NCBI GenBank assembly: GCA_947259485.1
Contig: CAMYLU010000001.1
Span: 140,281-204,280 of the forward strand
Source: an uncultured Gammaproteobacteria bacterium
Lineage (GTDB): Bacteria; Pseudomonadota; Gammaproteobacteria; GCA-001735895
Direction: 5' to 3'
DNA length: 64,000 nt
Position 1 is the first letter of the stretch, and each line of letters opens with the position of its first letter. This document shows, in pieces, positions 13,454 through 21,542 of the stretch. The notes under the pieces are model-generated. The model was not told the DNA's origin. It did not search any database and was given only the letters and a program-made list of their open reading frames with translations. The position numbers and the translations under genes were made by a program.

Positions 13454-14419
13454 TCACCGCTGTCGCGGCGGCTGTAGCAGCTGTGCAATTTCATCTTGCT
13501 GCGAACTGCGCAGCCTCAGCATGTCGCGGAAACTGTCAGGACTTTTGACGAAGGTCAGCTCTCCGCTGAGTGGAAAAATCTTGTCGTGGAGTCGGGATAA
13601 CCAGAAACGAAGTGCAGCGATGCCCAACATTAACGGCAGGGCGTCGATTTCGATAGCCTCGAGACGACGCTGCTGTTGGTAGGCTTCAAGGGTTGCATTA
13701 ACCCGGCTGGCGACCAGGTCGCCATGGCTGTCGATACACCAGTCGTTCAATAGCACTGCAATGTCAAGTACGAAGCTGCCGCTGCAGGCATAGTCAAAAT
13801 CGAGAATACCGCCCAGCTCATTGTCGATAAACAATGCATTGTCGTGGAACAGGTCGGCGTGAATCGCACCCAGGGGTAAATCGTCGAGATCAAACCGCCC
13901 GGCTGCTTGCAAGGTTGCCTTAATCAGTTTCCGATCGCTGGCATCCAGAATTTCATCGAGCATGTCGGTTACTGCAATTATCCAGTCGATGCCACGAGGA
14001 TTGGGGCGGATTCCGGAGTAATCCTGGCCAGCCAGGTGGAAGCGGGCCAGCTCGGTACCAACCATGGCACAATGATGAGACTCTGGTTGTGGCTGTACCT
14101 GTCCGCGTAGACGATGAATGATTGCCGCGGGGCGCTGGTTCAGGATCGAGAAAAGATCACCGCGCCGGTCCATTACCGGTTCAGAACAGTGCACCGAGCG
14201 TTTTACCAGGTGCTGTTGCAATCCCAGCATGTAGTCGAGTTCGTCGTCACTATGGTGCTCGTAGAGGGTCAGCACGAAACGTCCGACCTCGGTGTCGAGA
14301 TAGTAATTGGTGTTGGTAATACCGCTGGCGATCGCAGAAAATTGCTGCAGTTTTCCTAGATCGTAACGTGCCAGAAACTGCTCAAGCTGCGCTGGTTCAA
14401 CAGAGGTATAAACGGACAT
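13454..14419 (-). CDS. thrB: Homoserine kinase, phosphotransferase (APH) type
   Basis: 321 aa. N-terminus MSVYTSVEPAQLEQFLARYDLGKL...GITNTNYYL; catalytic-loop sequence IHADLFHDNALF; Pseudomonas-like thrB-polA neighbourhood. Confidence 0.85.
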   Translation of the reverse strand: MSVYTSVEPAQLEQFLARYDLGKLQQFSAIASGITNTNYYLDTEVGRFVLTLYEHHSDDELDYMLGLQQHLVKRSVHCSEPVMDRRGDLFSILNQRPAAIIHRLRGQVQPQPESHHCAMVGTELARFHLAGQDYSGIRPNPRGIDWIIAVTDMLDEILDASDRKLIKATLQAAGRFDLDDLPLGAIHADLFHDNALFIDNELGGILDFDYACSGSFVLDIAVLLNDWCIDSHGDLVASRVNATLEAYQQQRRLEAIEIDALPLMLGIAALRFWLSRLHDKIFPLSGELTFVKSPDSFRDMLRLRSSQQDEIAQLLQPPRQR

Positions 14420-14511
14420 GAATCCTGCCAGTTAAAGAAGCAAACGGGCAAAGTCACCGAAGTTGCTGTGATATGATCCCGACTCAGGGTTCGGCATTTT
14501 AGCGCATCTAT

Positions 14512-17220
14512 ATGAATCAAGAGAAACAAAAAAAACTGGTGCTGGTTGACGGCAGTTCCTACCTGTTCCGTGCCTACCACGTCCCGGGGCCAGATCTAAA
14601 AAGCCCGTCAGGAGAACCAACCAAGGTAATTTACTTCGTCCTTAATATGCTTAATAAATTAATTAAGGACGAGCATCCCGATAAGTTAGCGGTGGTATTC
14701 GATGCCAAAGGGAAAACTTTTCGGAATGATATCTATCCGGAATACAAGGCCACTCGGCCGCCAATGCCGGATGATCTGCGTGAACAAATTGAACCCCTGC
14801 ATGAAATTATAAAGGCAAGGGGCTTACCATTAGTCAGTATAGAAGGTGTTGAGGCGGACGATGTCATCGGTACTATGTGTCGGCAGGCAACTGAACAGGG
14901 ATACACGGTGCTGGTATCGACCGGTGATAAGGATATGGCGCAACTGGTTAACGAAAACGTGAGCCTGATAAACACCATGAATAACCATTTCATGGATGAG
15001 CCGGCCGTGGTGGAGAAGTTCCAGGTGCGTGCCGACCAGATTATCGACTACCTGGCTCTAATGGGAGACAGTTCAGACAATATTCCGGGCGTCCCAAAAG
15101 TAGGGCCAAAGACAGCGGCTAAATGGATAGGCGAGTATGGTGACCTGAAAGGGGTAATGGATAACGCCGACGAAATAAAGGGAAAGGTCGGAGAATACTT
15201 GCGTGAATCACTTCACTTCCTGCCAATGTCTTATGAGCTCGCGACAATCAAGCTTGATTGCGTAACCGGTGTTGGCATCGAAGATCTGGAACAGCAGGAA
15301 GTTGATAAAAAAGCGCTTGCTGGCCTGTATGAGAAGTATGGATTTACCCGCTGGTACGATGAAATTGTTGCTGCAGATAGCAACCAAACAAAACCTCCTA
15401 CTGTAAAAATTAAGGCCGATTATGAAAAGGTGCTCGATCAGGATCACTTCGAGCAATGGCTGCAGCGATTGCGTGGCGCAGATGAGTTTGCGATTGATAC
15501 CGAAACCACCAGCATCGATTACATGCAGGCAGAGCTGGTAGGCATTTCGCTGTGCGTGACAGCGGGCGAGGCCTGTTACATCCCGCTAATGCACCGCTAC
15601 GAGAATGCGCCGTCGCAGCTCGACAAGGCGACAGCGCTTGCCGCATTGAAGCCGATTCTCGAGGATCCGGCAATTGGCAAAATCGGCCAGAATATCAAGT
15701 ATGACGCGCATATTTTCATTGGCGAGGGCATTCGAATGCGGGGTATTGCACATGACACCATGCTCGAATCCTACGTGCTCAACTCGACCGCCAGTCGCCA
15801 CAACATGGATGCCCTGGCAAAGTTCTATCTGGACCACGACACCATTCATTATGAAGACATAGCCGGTAAGGGAGCCAAACAAAAAACCTTCGACCTGATT
15901 GATCTTGAACAGGCTAGCGATTATGCCGCCGAAGATGCCGATGTCACGATGCAGTTGCACCAGGTGTTAAGTTCGGGGCTGCAGCAGGAAGCGAAGCTCA
16001 AACAGGTGTATGCCGATATCGAAATGCCCCTGGTCGATGTATTACTCGATGTCGAGCAAAATGGTGTTTTGATCGATCGGGAAATGCTGCAAAAACAGGG
16101 CAGGGAGATCGATCAGAAGCTGAGCCAGATAGAACAGACCATCTACCAGCAGGCGGGTGAAGTTTTCAATCTGAGTTCGCCCAAGCAAATCCAGGCCATC
16201 CTGTTCGACAAACTCGATTTACCGATACTGCGCAAAACACCGAAAGGGCAGCCGTCGACTGCAGAAGATGTACTCGAGGAACTGGCTGCCGACTATGAAA
16301 TTCCGGCCTTACTGCTTGAGCATCGTAGTTTGAACAAGTTGATGTCGACTTATATCGATAAATTGCCACAGGAAATCAATTCGAAGACCGGGCGTGTGCA
16401 TACTTCCTATCAGCAGGCGGTTGCTTCCACCGGCCGCCTGTCTTCGACCAGCCCAAACCTGCAAAATATTCCGATTCGCACGGCCGAGGGCCGCCGCATT
16501 CGTGAAGCCTTTATTGCGCCTGCCGAGCATAAGATCCTGGCGCTCGACTATTCCCAGATAGAACTGCGCATCATGGCTCACCTGTCCGCTGACGAAAGCC
16601 TGCTGAAGGCATTTTCCGGGGGCCTGGATGTGCACCGCTCGACCGCTGCCGAGGTCTTCGGGGAAGCGCTGGAGCAGGTCAGCGCCGAGCAGCGTCGCGC
16701 TGCCAAGGCGATCAATTTTGGCCTGATTTACGGAATGTCAGCATTTGGCCTCGGCAAGCAATTGAATATCGGTCGAAACGAAGCACAGCAGTATGTCGAT
16801 ACCTATTTTGAGCGTTATCCCGGCGTCAAACGCTACATGGAAGAAACCAAGCAACGCGCCCGCGACCAGGGCTATGTCGAGACCGTATTCGGGCGCAGGC
16901 TGTATTTACCCGATATCAATGCGCGCAATGCCAACGTGCGTCAATATGCGGAGCGCACTGCAATCAATGCACCAATGCAGGGCACCGCGGCGGACATAAT
17001 CAAGCGCGCAATGATCGAGGTACAGGCCTGGCTCATTAAGGGTGACCAGGGCTGTAAGATGATTATGCAGGTCCACGATGAGCTGGTGTTTGAAGTTGCG
17101 GTCGATGAAGTCGACTCCTGCCAGGCTTCAATCGCCGGGTTAATGACCGGGGCAGCCGATCTTTCGGTGAAGCTGGAGGTTGACGCCGGAGTAGGGCTCA
17201 ACTGGAACGAAGCCCACTAG
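14512..17220 (+). CDS. polA: DNA polymerase I
   Basis: 902 aa. 5'-nuclease N-terminus LVLVDGSSYLFRAYH; 3'-5' exonuclease motif FAIDTETTS; polymerase motifs DYSQIELRIMAHLS and QVHDELVFE. Confidence 0.98.
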   Translation: MNQEKQKKLVLVDGSSYLFRAYHVPGPDLKSPSGEPTKVIYFVLNMLNKLIKDEHPDKLAVVFDAKGKTFRNDIYPEYKATRPPMPDDLREQIEPLHEIIKARGLPLVSIEGVEADDVIGTMCRQATEQGYTVLVSTGDKDMAQLVNENVSLINTMNNHFMDEPAVVEKFQVRADQIIDYLALMGDSSDNIPGVPKVGPKTAAKWIGEYGDLKGVMDNADEIKGKVGEYLRESLHFLPMSYELATIKLDCVTGVGIEDLEQQEVDKKALAGLYEKYGFTRWYDEIVAADSNQTKPPTVKIKADYEKVLDQDHFEQWLQRLRGADEFAIDTETTSIDYMQAELVGISLCVTAGEACYIPLMHRYENAPSQLDKATALAALKPILEDPAIGKIGQNIKYDAHIFIGEGIRMRGIAHDTMLESYVLNSTASRHNMDALAKFYLDHDTIHYEDIAGKGAKQKTFDLIDLEQASDYAAEDADVTMQLHQVLSSGLQQEAKLKQVYADIEMPLVDVLLDVEQNGVLIDREMLQKQGREIDQKLSQIEQTIYQQAGEVFNLSSPKQIQAILFDKLDLPILRKTPKGQPSTAEDVLEELAADYEIPALLLEHRSLNKLMSTYIDKLPQEINSKTGRVHTSYQQAVASTGRLSSTSPNLQNIPIRTAEGRRIREAFIAPAEHKILALDYSQIELRIMAHLSADESLLKAFSGGLDVHRSTAAEVFGEALEQVSAEQRRAAKAINFGLIYGMSAFGLGKQLNIGRNEAQQYVDTYFERYPGVKRYMEETKQRARDQGYVETVFGRRLYLPDINARNANVRQYAERTAINAPMQGTAADIIKRAMIEVQAWLIKGDQGCKMIMQVHDELVFEVAVDEVDSCQASIAGLMTGAADLSVKLEVDAGVGLNWNEAH

Positions 17221-17305
17221 GTGCTCCTGACGGGCCCCGGGTTAAACACGACCCAATACTTTTTGCGGTTTAAAAAAGGGCATAAATTAATTTTTTGCGC
17301 TGCGA

Positions 17306-17331
17306 TGATCCAAATCGTCGAGCCAAACGTA
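17306..17331 (+). promoter_or_regulatory. Candidate ChrR-type ECF sigma promoter (TGATCC-N16-CGTA)
   Basis: TGATCC at 17306-17311, an exact 16-nt spacer, then CGTA at 17328-17331. This is the same architecture as the two motifs flanking the ECF sigma gene at 41379-41435. It lies in the polA-engB spacer with no protein-coding ORF downstream. Confidence 0.45.
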
Positions 17332-17433
17332 GATTTTTGAAAGACCCGGACCGGGGGGTTTAAAAAGTTAAATCAGTCCCCAAGTAATAGCTTTAAGAGT
17401 CATCCAACGCACCGCGATACGGGCAATCTGAAG

Positions 17434-17460
17434 GAACTAAATGCCGTATCGGGTGTCTAC
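17434..17460 (+). promoter_or_regulatory. Candidate RpoE/AlgU-type promoter (GAACTA-N16-TCTAC)
   Basis: Resembles the GAACTT-N16/17-TCTGA consensus. It sits just upstream of the structured RNA core, but it also lies in the loop and 3' arm of a possible 8-bp hairpin (17414-17421 with 17444-17451), so it may be a chance match. Confidence 0.3.
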
Positions 17461-17465
17461 CTAAC

Positions 17466-17580
17466 TGGCGCTATAGCCCAGCGCTAGGTCCGTTCTCCCT
17501 CCTATGAGCGGACAAAGATCCGGAAACCCCATCCGGATCACACGTTTGTCCCTGGCAGTTATCTGCCAGGGCTTTTTTTT
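17466..17580 (+). ncRNA. Candidate small regulatory RNA at the Spot 42 (spf) / ErsA syntenic locus
   Basis: Lies in the 393-bp polA-engB spacer, on the same strand as polA. Consecutive hairpins: 17467-17472 with 17480-17485; GTCCG 17488-17492 with CGGAC 17509-17513, whose 16-nt loop carries CUCCCUCCU; GATCCGGA 17517-17524 with TCCGGATC 17532-17539. A terminator follows at 17550-17580. The 5' end is uncertain and could be near 17338 if the upstream ECF-type promoter is used. Confidence 0.55.
17550..17580 (+). terminator. Rho-independent terminator
   Basis: Stem CCCTGGCAG (17550-17558), loop TTAT, stem CTGCCAGGG (17563-17571), then C and a run of eight T (17573-17580). Confidence 0.85.
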
Positions 17581-17613
17581 GCGCCTAAAGTGCTGAAGTT
17601 AAGCCGATCCAAC

Positions 17614-18207
17614 TCAGTCTAAAGTCAGCCATTTGCCGCATATTTGCTCGAGAGACTCAATCCCCTGGCGGCCCAGGATCGATAGCGTGGAGACACTTTG
17701 CTCTGAGCCGGATAGCTGCGCCTCGGCGTCTGCTATCGCTTTGCGAGTCGCTGACCGCGACAGCTTATCTGATTTGGTGAGCAGGATATGCAGCGGCAAG
17801 CTGTCGCCTATCATTCTGATCAGACCCCGATCGAGCTCGCCGATACCGCGGCGAATATCAACCACTATAACCAGCCCTCTCAGGGCCTGGCGCTCCAACA
17901 GGAAAGCCGTCAGCACCTGATCCCAATGATTTCGCATTTGTTTCGATACCCTGGCGAAGCCATAACCGGGTAAATCTACCAGGTGTCGATGCGGGTCGAG
18001 TTCGAAAAAATTTATCAATTGTGTACGCCCTGGGGTCTTGCTGGTTTTACACAATCCCTTTTGACGCACCAGGCAGTTTATCGCGCTCGATTTACCCGAA
18101 TTAGAGCGACCGGCGAACGCCACCTCGACTCCTTCGTCTACAGGCAGCTGTGAAAGCTCAAATGCACTGGTGGCAAATTTTGCCTGCTTGAAAGAAATAC
18201 TCATCAT
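17614..18207 (-). CDS. engB: Ribosome biogenesis GTP-binding protein EngB/YihA
   Basis: G1 motif FAGRSNSGKSSAIN. The track ORF (to 18309) adds an unlikely 34-aa extension running into the cc4 start region. I prefer the ATG at 18207 (MMSISFKQAKFATSA). Confidence 0.88.
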   Translation of the reverse strand: MMSISFKQAKFATSAFELSQLPVDEGVEVAFAGRSNSGKSSAINCLVRQKGLCKTSKTPGRTQLINFFELDPHRHLVDLPGYGFARVSKQMRNHWDQVLTAFLLERQALRGLVIVVDIRRGIGELDRGLIRMIGDSLPLHILLTKSDKLSRSATRKAIADAEAQLSGSEQSVSTLSILGRQGIESLEQICGKWLTLD

Positions 18208-18294
18208 ATCGATTGGGTTAGTGTTGAACGTGCGGCCCGGGTATGATATACATTTGCGCCCGAAATTTCCGACCATTTTCCCCCTGGAGAAATA

Positions 18295-18903
18295 ATGAAA
18301 GCGAGCCAAATTGGAGCCATGATTTTGGCCTTGTCCGGCCTGGTGTCATTCGCCGCGTATGCCGGTGATATCGAAGCCGGTAAAGCAAAGAGCGCCGTGT
18401 GTGCTGCTTGCCACGGAGCGGATGGAAACAGTACCAACGCGGCCTGGCCGTCGCTTGCCGGTCAGCATGCCAGTTACACATACAAGCAGTTAGCGGATTT
18501 CAAAGCCGGACGTCGTAACAATGCCTCGATGACCGGCATGGTGGCGCTGTTAAATGACGAGGACATGAAGAACCTCGCGGCTTTCTATGAAACTCAGCAA
18601 CCCAAAACGATGGCTTTCGATGGGGACATGATTGAAACCGGGGAAAGTATTTATCGAGGTGGTATTACCGAAACCAAAGTGGCCGCCTGTATGGGCTGTC
18701 ATGCTCCGAGCGGTCTGGGTAACGGCCCCGCTGGTTGGCCGTCTCTCAAGGGCCAGCATCCCGAGTACCTGGTAACTCAGCTGCAGAGCTTCAAGCAGGG
18801 AACACGTGCCAACGATACCGGCAAAATGATGCGTAACGTCGTGGTACGTATGTCAGATGAAGAAATGAAGGCGGTTGCGGCCTACATAGCGGGTATCCGG
18901 TAA
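18295..18903 (+). CDS. cc4: Dihaem cytochrome c4
   Basis: 202 aa. Signal peptide; two CxxCH motifs (CAACHG and CMGCHA), each followed by a distal Met region; GGAGA ribosome-binding site before the ATG; engB-cc4-dsbA order as in Pseudomonas. Confidence 0.9.
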   Translation: MKASQIGAMILALSGLVSFAAYAGDIEAGKAKSAVCAACHGADGNSTNAAWPSLAGQHASYTYKQLADFKAGRRNNASMTGMVALLNDEDMKNLAAFYETQQPKTMAFDGDMIETGESIYRGGITETKVAACMGCHAPSGLGNGPAGWPSLKGQHPEYLVTQLQSFKQGTRANDTGKMMRNVVVRMSDEEMKAVAAYIAGIR

Positions 18904-19017
18904 ATCCGGTTATTTCCGTATTCAGCGGCCATTAACCCGGCTCGATGTAATTTCACGACTAAACTAATCGACAACAACGCTGTCTCTAAATGAATGAATT
19001 GTTGCAGGAGAAACACA

Positions 19018-19644
19018 ATGATTAAGCGCTGGCTGATGAGTTTCGCCGTGTTACTGATAGTTTCAGGTAGCGCTGCTGCGCAGATGACCTTCGCAGAAGG
19101 TACCGATTACCAGCTGATTACGCCGGTGGTCAAGACATCGCAGCCCGACAAGGTAGTGGTTACCGAAATTTTCTGGTACGGCTGTCCGCACTGCTTTCGT
19201 TTCGAGCCTTATGTCGAACGCTGGTCTGCGGGCCTGCCTGACGGCGTTGTTTTTGAGCAGGTCCCATCATCCCTCAACCCGCGATGGACGGAGCATGCGC
19301 GTGCTTACTATGCATTTAAGATGATGGGCGAGTTGGAGCAGACACATAAGGCTCTATTTGATGCAATTCATCTCAAGCGCGAGCGAATAATGAGCGTCGA
19401 TACGCTCGCCGAGTTTGCCACCAGCCGCGGGCTCGACGAGAAATTGTTTAGAGAAAATTATTTTTCATTCCCGGTCGAAACCCAGATTCGTAAAAATATA
19501 CAAAAGGAAAAGCGCTATGGACATCGTGGCGTGCCGGCGGTTATCGTCAATGGCAAGTACCTGGTGTCGGCATCACAGGCTGGAAGCAACGAGCGCATGA
19601 TTCAAATTATGAACTTCCTTGTTGCGCAAGAACTGGCGCAGTAG
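19018..19644 (+). CDS. dsbA: Thiol:disulfide interchange protein DsbA
   Basis: Active site FWYGCPHCFRFEP. Signal peptide from MIKRWLMSFAVLLIVSGSAAA. AGGAGA ribosome-binding site 6 nt before the ATG at 19018; the track start at 18994 is less likely. Confidence 0.92.
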   Translation: MIKRWLMSFAVLLIVSGSAAAQMTFAEGTDYQLITPVVKTSQPDKVVVTEIFWYGCPHCFRFEPYVERWSAGLPDGVVFEQVPSSLNPRWTEHARAYYAFKMMGELEQTHKALFDAIHLKRERIMSVDTLAEFATSRGLDEKLFRENYFSFPVETQIRKNIQKEKRYGHRGVPAVIVNGKYLVSASQAGSNERMIQIMNFLVAQELAQ

Positions 19645-19680
19645 TAAATCTGACAGTAGTTTAACTGTTTCGAAGAGATC

Positions 19681-19700
19681 GGCAGCTACGTGCTGTTTTT
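19681..19700 (+). terminator. Weak terminator-like hairpin after dsbA
   Basis: GGCAGC-TACGT-GCTGTT (the stem needs two G-U pairs) followed by a T run. Confidence 0.3.
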
Positions 19701-19724
19701 ACCTTACGCTCGTTCAATCCCCGA

Positions 19725-21422
19725 CTAGCTGGTGCTCCATCCGAAGCGGGCGATTGCGATATTACCCTTACCATGGAATTCCAGTGATTCACATAAATCC
19801 TGGATTAGCAGCAGGCCACGGCCGCTCAGGGCCGTAGCCTCGTCGGTCGGCGGGTCGTGGTTTTCGAAATCAAAACCCTTGCCGCTGTCCTCGATGCGAA
19901 GCAATATACTGCGTCGGGTTGACTCCTGTTCAACCGACAGGTTGAAAATCACGTGGCCGCTGTCGAGATTGGCAAGTCGACTTTCACGTGTCTGAAAGTA
20001 GGTCTCGAAACCTGCTGGATCGGCCTTTAAATTGGAATCAAGGCCCAGTACACCGTGATCGAGAGCGTTTATATACAGTTCGGTCATAACCGTGAATAAT
20101 GATTGCCGCTCGGCTTCCAGTTCTTCCATCTCCATGAGGTAGTTAACCAGGATTGGAACCGGGTTGGTTTCACGCAGTCTGGCCCCATTAAAACGCATCG
20201 ACAGTTTCCATTCGCCGCGATCTCCCAGCATGTACTTTGACGGTTTGATGTAGTCATGCACCTCTATTTCGGGCAACACATCGTGGACGCAGGTAATTTC
20301 GACCAGTGTGACGTCGTCGGCCTGGGTGGTGTTATCGCCACAAAATTGATCGAGATCATCGAACACCTGGTCGAATATGCTGTTTTTGGGCGCATTTGAA
20401 ATGGACGCTAGCAGCCGGTTACTGCCGAACTCCTTATCCTGCCCATTACGGGCTTCGGTTAAACCGTCGCTATGCATCAGTATTTTGTCGTTGTAAGCGA
20501 TCGGGGCGTATTGCAACATTTCCCTGGGGTCAATAACCGCCTCAACACCCAGGGGCAAACCGGTAGATGTCAGGCGGTGCTTGATCTGGTTGGTTTCTCC
20601 ATCGACGATTATCACGTCCGGCATACCGGCATTGAACACGCGCACATGTTCGAGGTCATGGTTCACGACTACCAGTTGGGCACCAAAGAACATACCGACA
20701 GGCAACATTGACTTCAATTTCTTGTTGATGCCGGTAAGTATTTCTTCGGCACTGAATCCCTTGGTGGTCATGGCACGAAATACTTCGGAAACCGGCATCG
20801 CGCCGAGCGCGGCGAGCAGTCCGTGTCCGGTGAAATCCCCGGTCAGAAAAAACAGGTCGCGCGAAGGTGAGTAGGCCGATAAAACCATGTCACCACTGAA
20901 GATGCCGGCAGGTCGCACGACATGTCGCAGATGCGGGTTCTCGATGTTGGAACTCTGGATCGCATTAATAAACACTGACTCAGCGATTTCCTGCTCACGG
21001 TGAATCATGCTGTACATGCCCTGTACTTCGCTATTCAGTGCGGCGATACGCTGCATCGAGCGGATTTTACTCTGCAGGATAAATTTATCGTAAGGCTTGA
21101 TCAGGAAATCATCGCCACCGGCCTCGATACACTGCGCGAGCGCTTCCTCATCACTCATTGCTGTCAGGAAAATGACCGGTACAAAGCGGTTCGCGGCAGC
21201 CGCCTTGATTTGACGTGTCGCTTCGTAACCATCAAGCACGGGCATCATCACGTCCATGAAAATGATGCTGGGGTTTTCCTGATGGAACAGGTCGATTGCT
21301 TCCTGTCCGTTGACGGCTTCAATGGTTTGGTAACCCTGCTTGTTCAGCAGCGACTTTAAAACTAGCCGATTGGTTTTTTCGTCGTCGACGATCAGGGCTT
21401 TGCCGAGGCCGATATCACTCAT
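19725..21422 (-). CDS. Three-domain regulator: receiver (REC) - PP2C/SpoIIE phosphatase - RsbW-like HATPase kinase (HsbR-like)
   Basis: 565 aa. REC domain: ALIVDDEKTNRLVLKSLL...IIFMDVMMPVLDGYEATRQIK. Central PP2C-like region: GDFTGHGLLAALGAM...HSDGLTEA. C-terminal GHKL-type region: ELYINALDHGVLGLDS...RIEDSGKGFDF...GRGLLLIQDL. Confidence 0.8.
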   Translation of the reverse strand: MSDIGLGKALIVDDEKTNRLVLKSLLNKQGYQTIEAVNGQEAIDLFHQENPSIIFMDVMMPVLDGYEATRQIKAAAANRFVPVIFLTAMSDEEALAQCIEAGGDDFLIKPYDKFILQSKIRSMQRIAALNSEVQGMYSMIHREQEIAESVFINAIQSSNIENPHLRHVVRPAGIFSGDMVLSAYSPSRDLFFLTGDFTGHGLLAALGAMPVSEVFRAMTTKGFSAEEILTGINKKLKSMLPVGMFFGAQLVVVNHDLEHVRVFNAGMPDVIIVDGETNQIKHRLTSTGLPLGVEAVIDPREMLQYAPIAYNDKILMHSDGLTEARNGQDKEFGSNRLLASISNAPKNSIFDQVFDDLDQFCGDNTTQADDVTLVEITCVHDVLPEIEVHDYIKPSKYMLGDRGEWKLSMRFNGARLRETNPVPILVNYLMEMEELEAERQSLFTVMTELYINALDHGVLGLDSNLKADPAGFETYFQTRESRLANLDSGHVIFNLSVEQESTRRSILLRIEDSGKGFDFENHDPPTDEATALSGRGLLLIQDLCESLEFHGKGNIAIARFGWSTS

Positions 21423-21542
21423 ATTGAAGTGCAGGTCGGTAACGGCAGGGCAGCCTTGTTACCGAAAAGTGCGGGTTTCCCCTTTCTGATAATGCCTACT
21501 TTTGTAGTACATACCACGCTTAAATCAAGCCGGCCAGGGTAC

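Noticed and set aside
17505-17597. 30-codon ORF (MSGQRSGNPIRITRLSLAVICQGFFLRLKC) inside the sRNA candidate
   Set aside because: There is no Shine-Dalgarno sequence; the upstream bases are CU-rich, which is anti-SD-like. The ORF also reads straight through the terminator hairpin and T-run, so a non-coding RNA is the better explanation.
18208-18309. 34-codon N-terminal extension of engB; there are similar over-extensions of yidC (10314), dsbA (18994), hutC (56531), the FAD oxidase (42637), DUF1365 (43865) and cfa-like (44734) ORFs
   Set aside because: The extensions overlap neighbouring genes or promoters and lack homology-like sequence. Internal ATGs give canonical N-termini, ribosome-binding sites or ATGA coupling.
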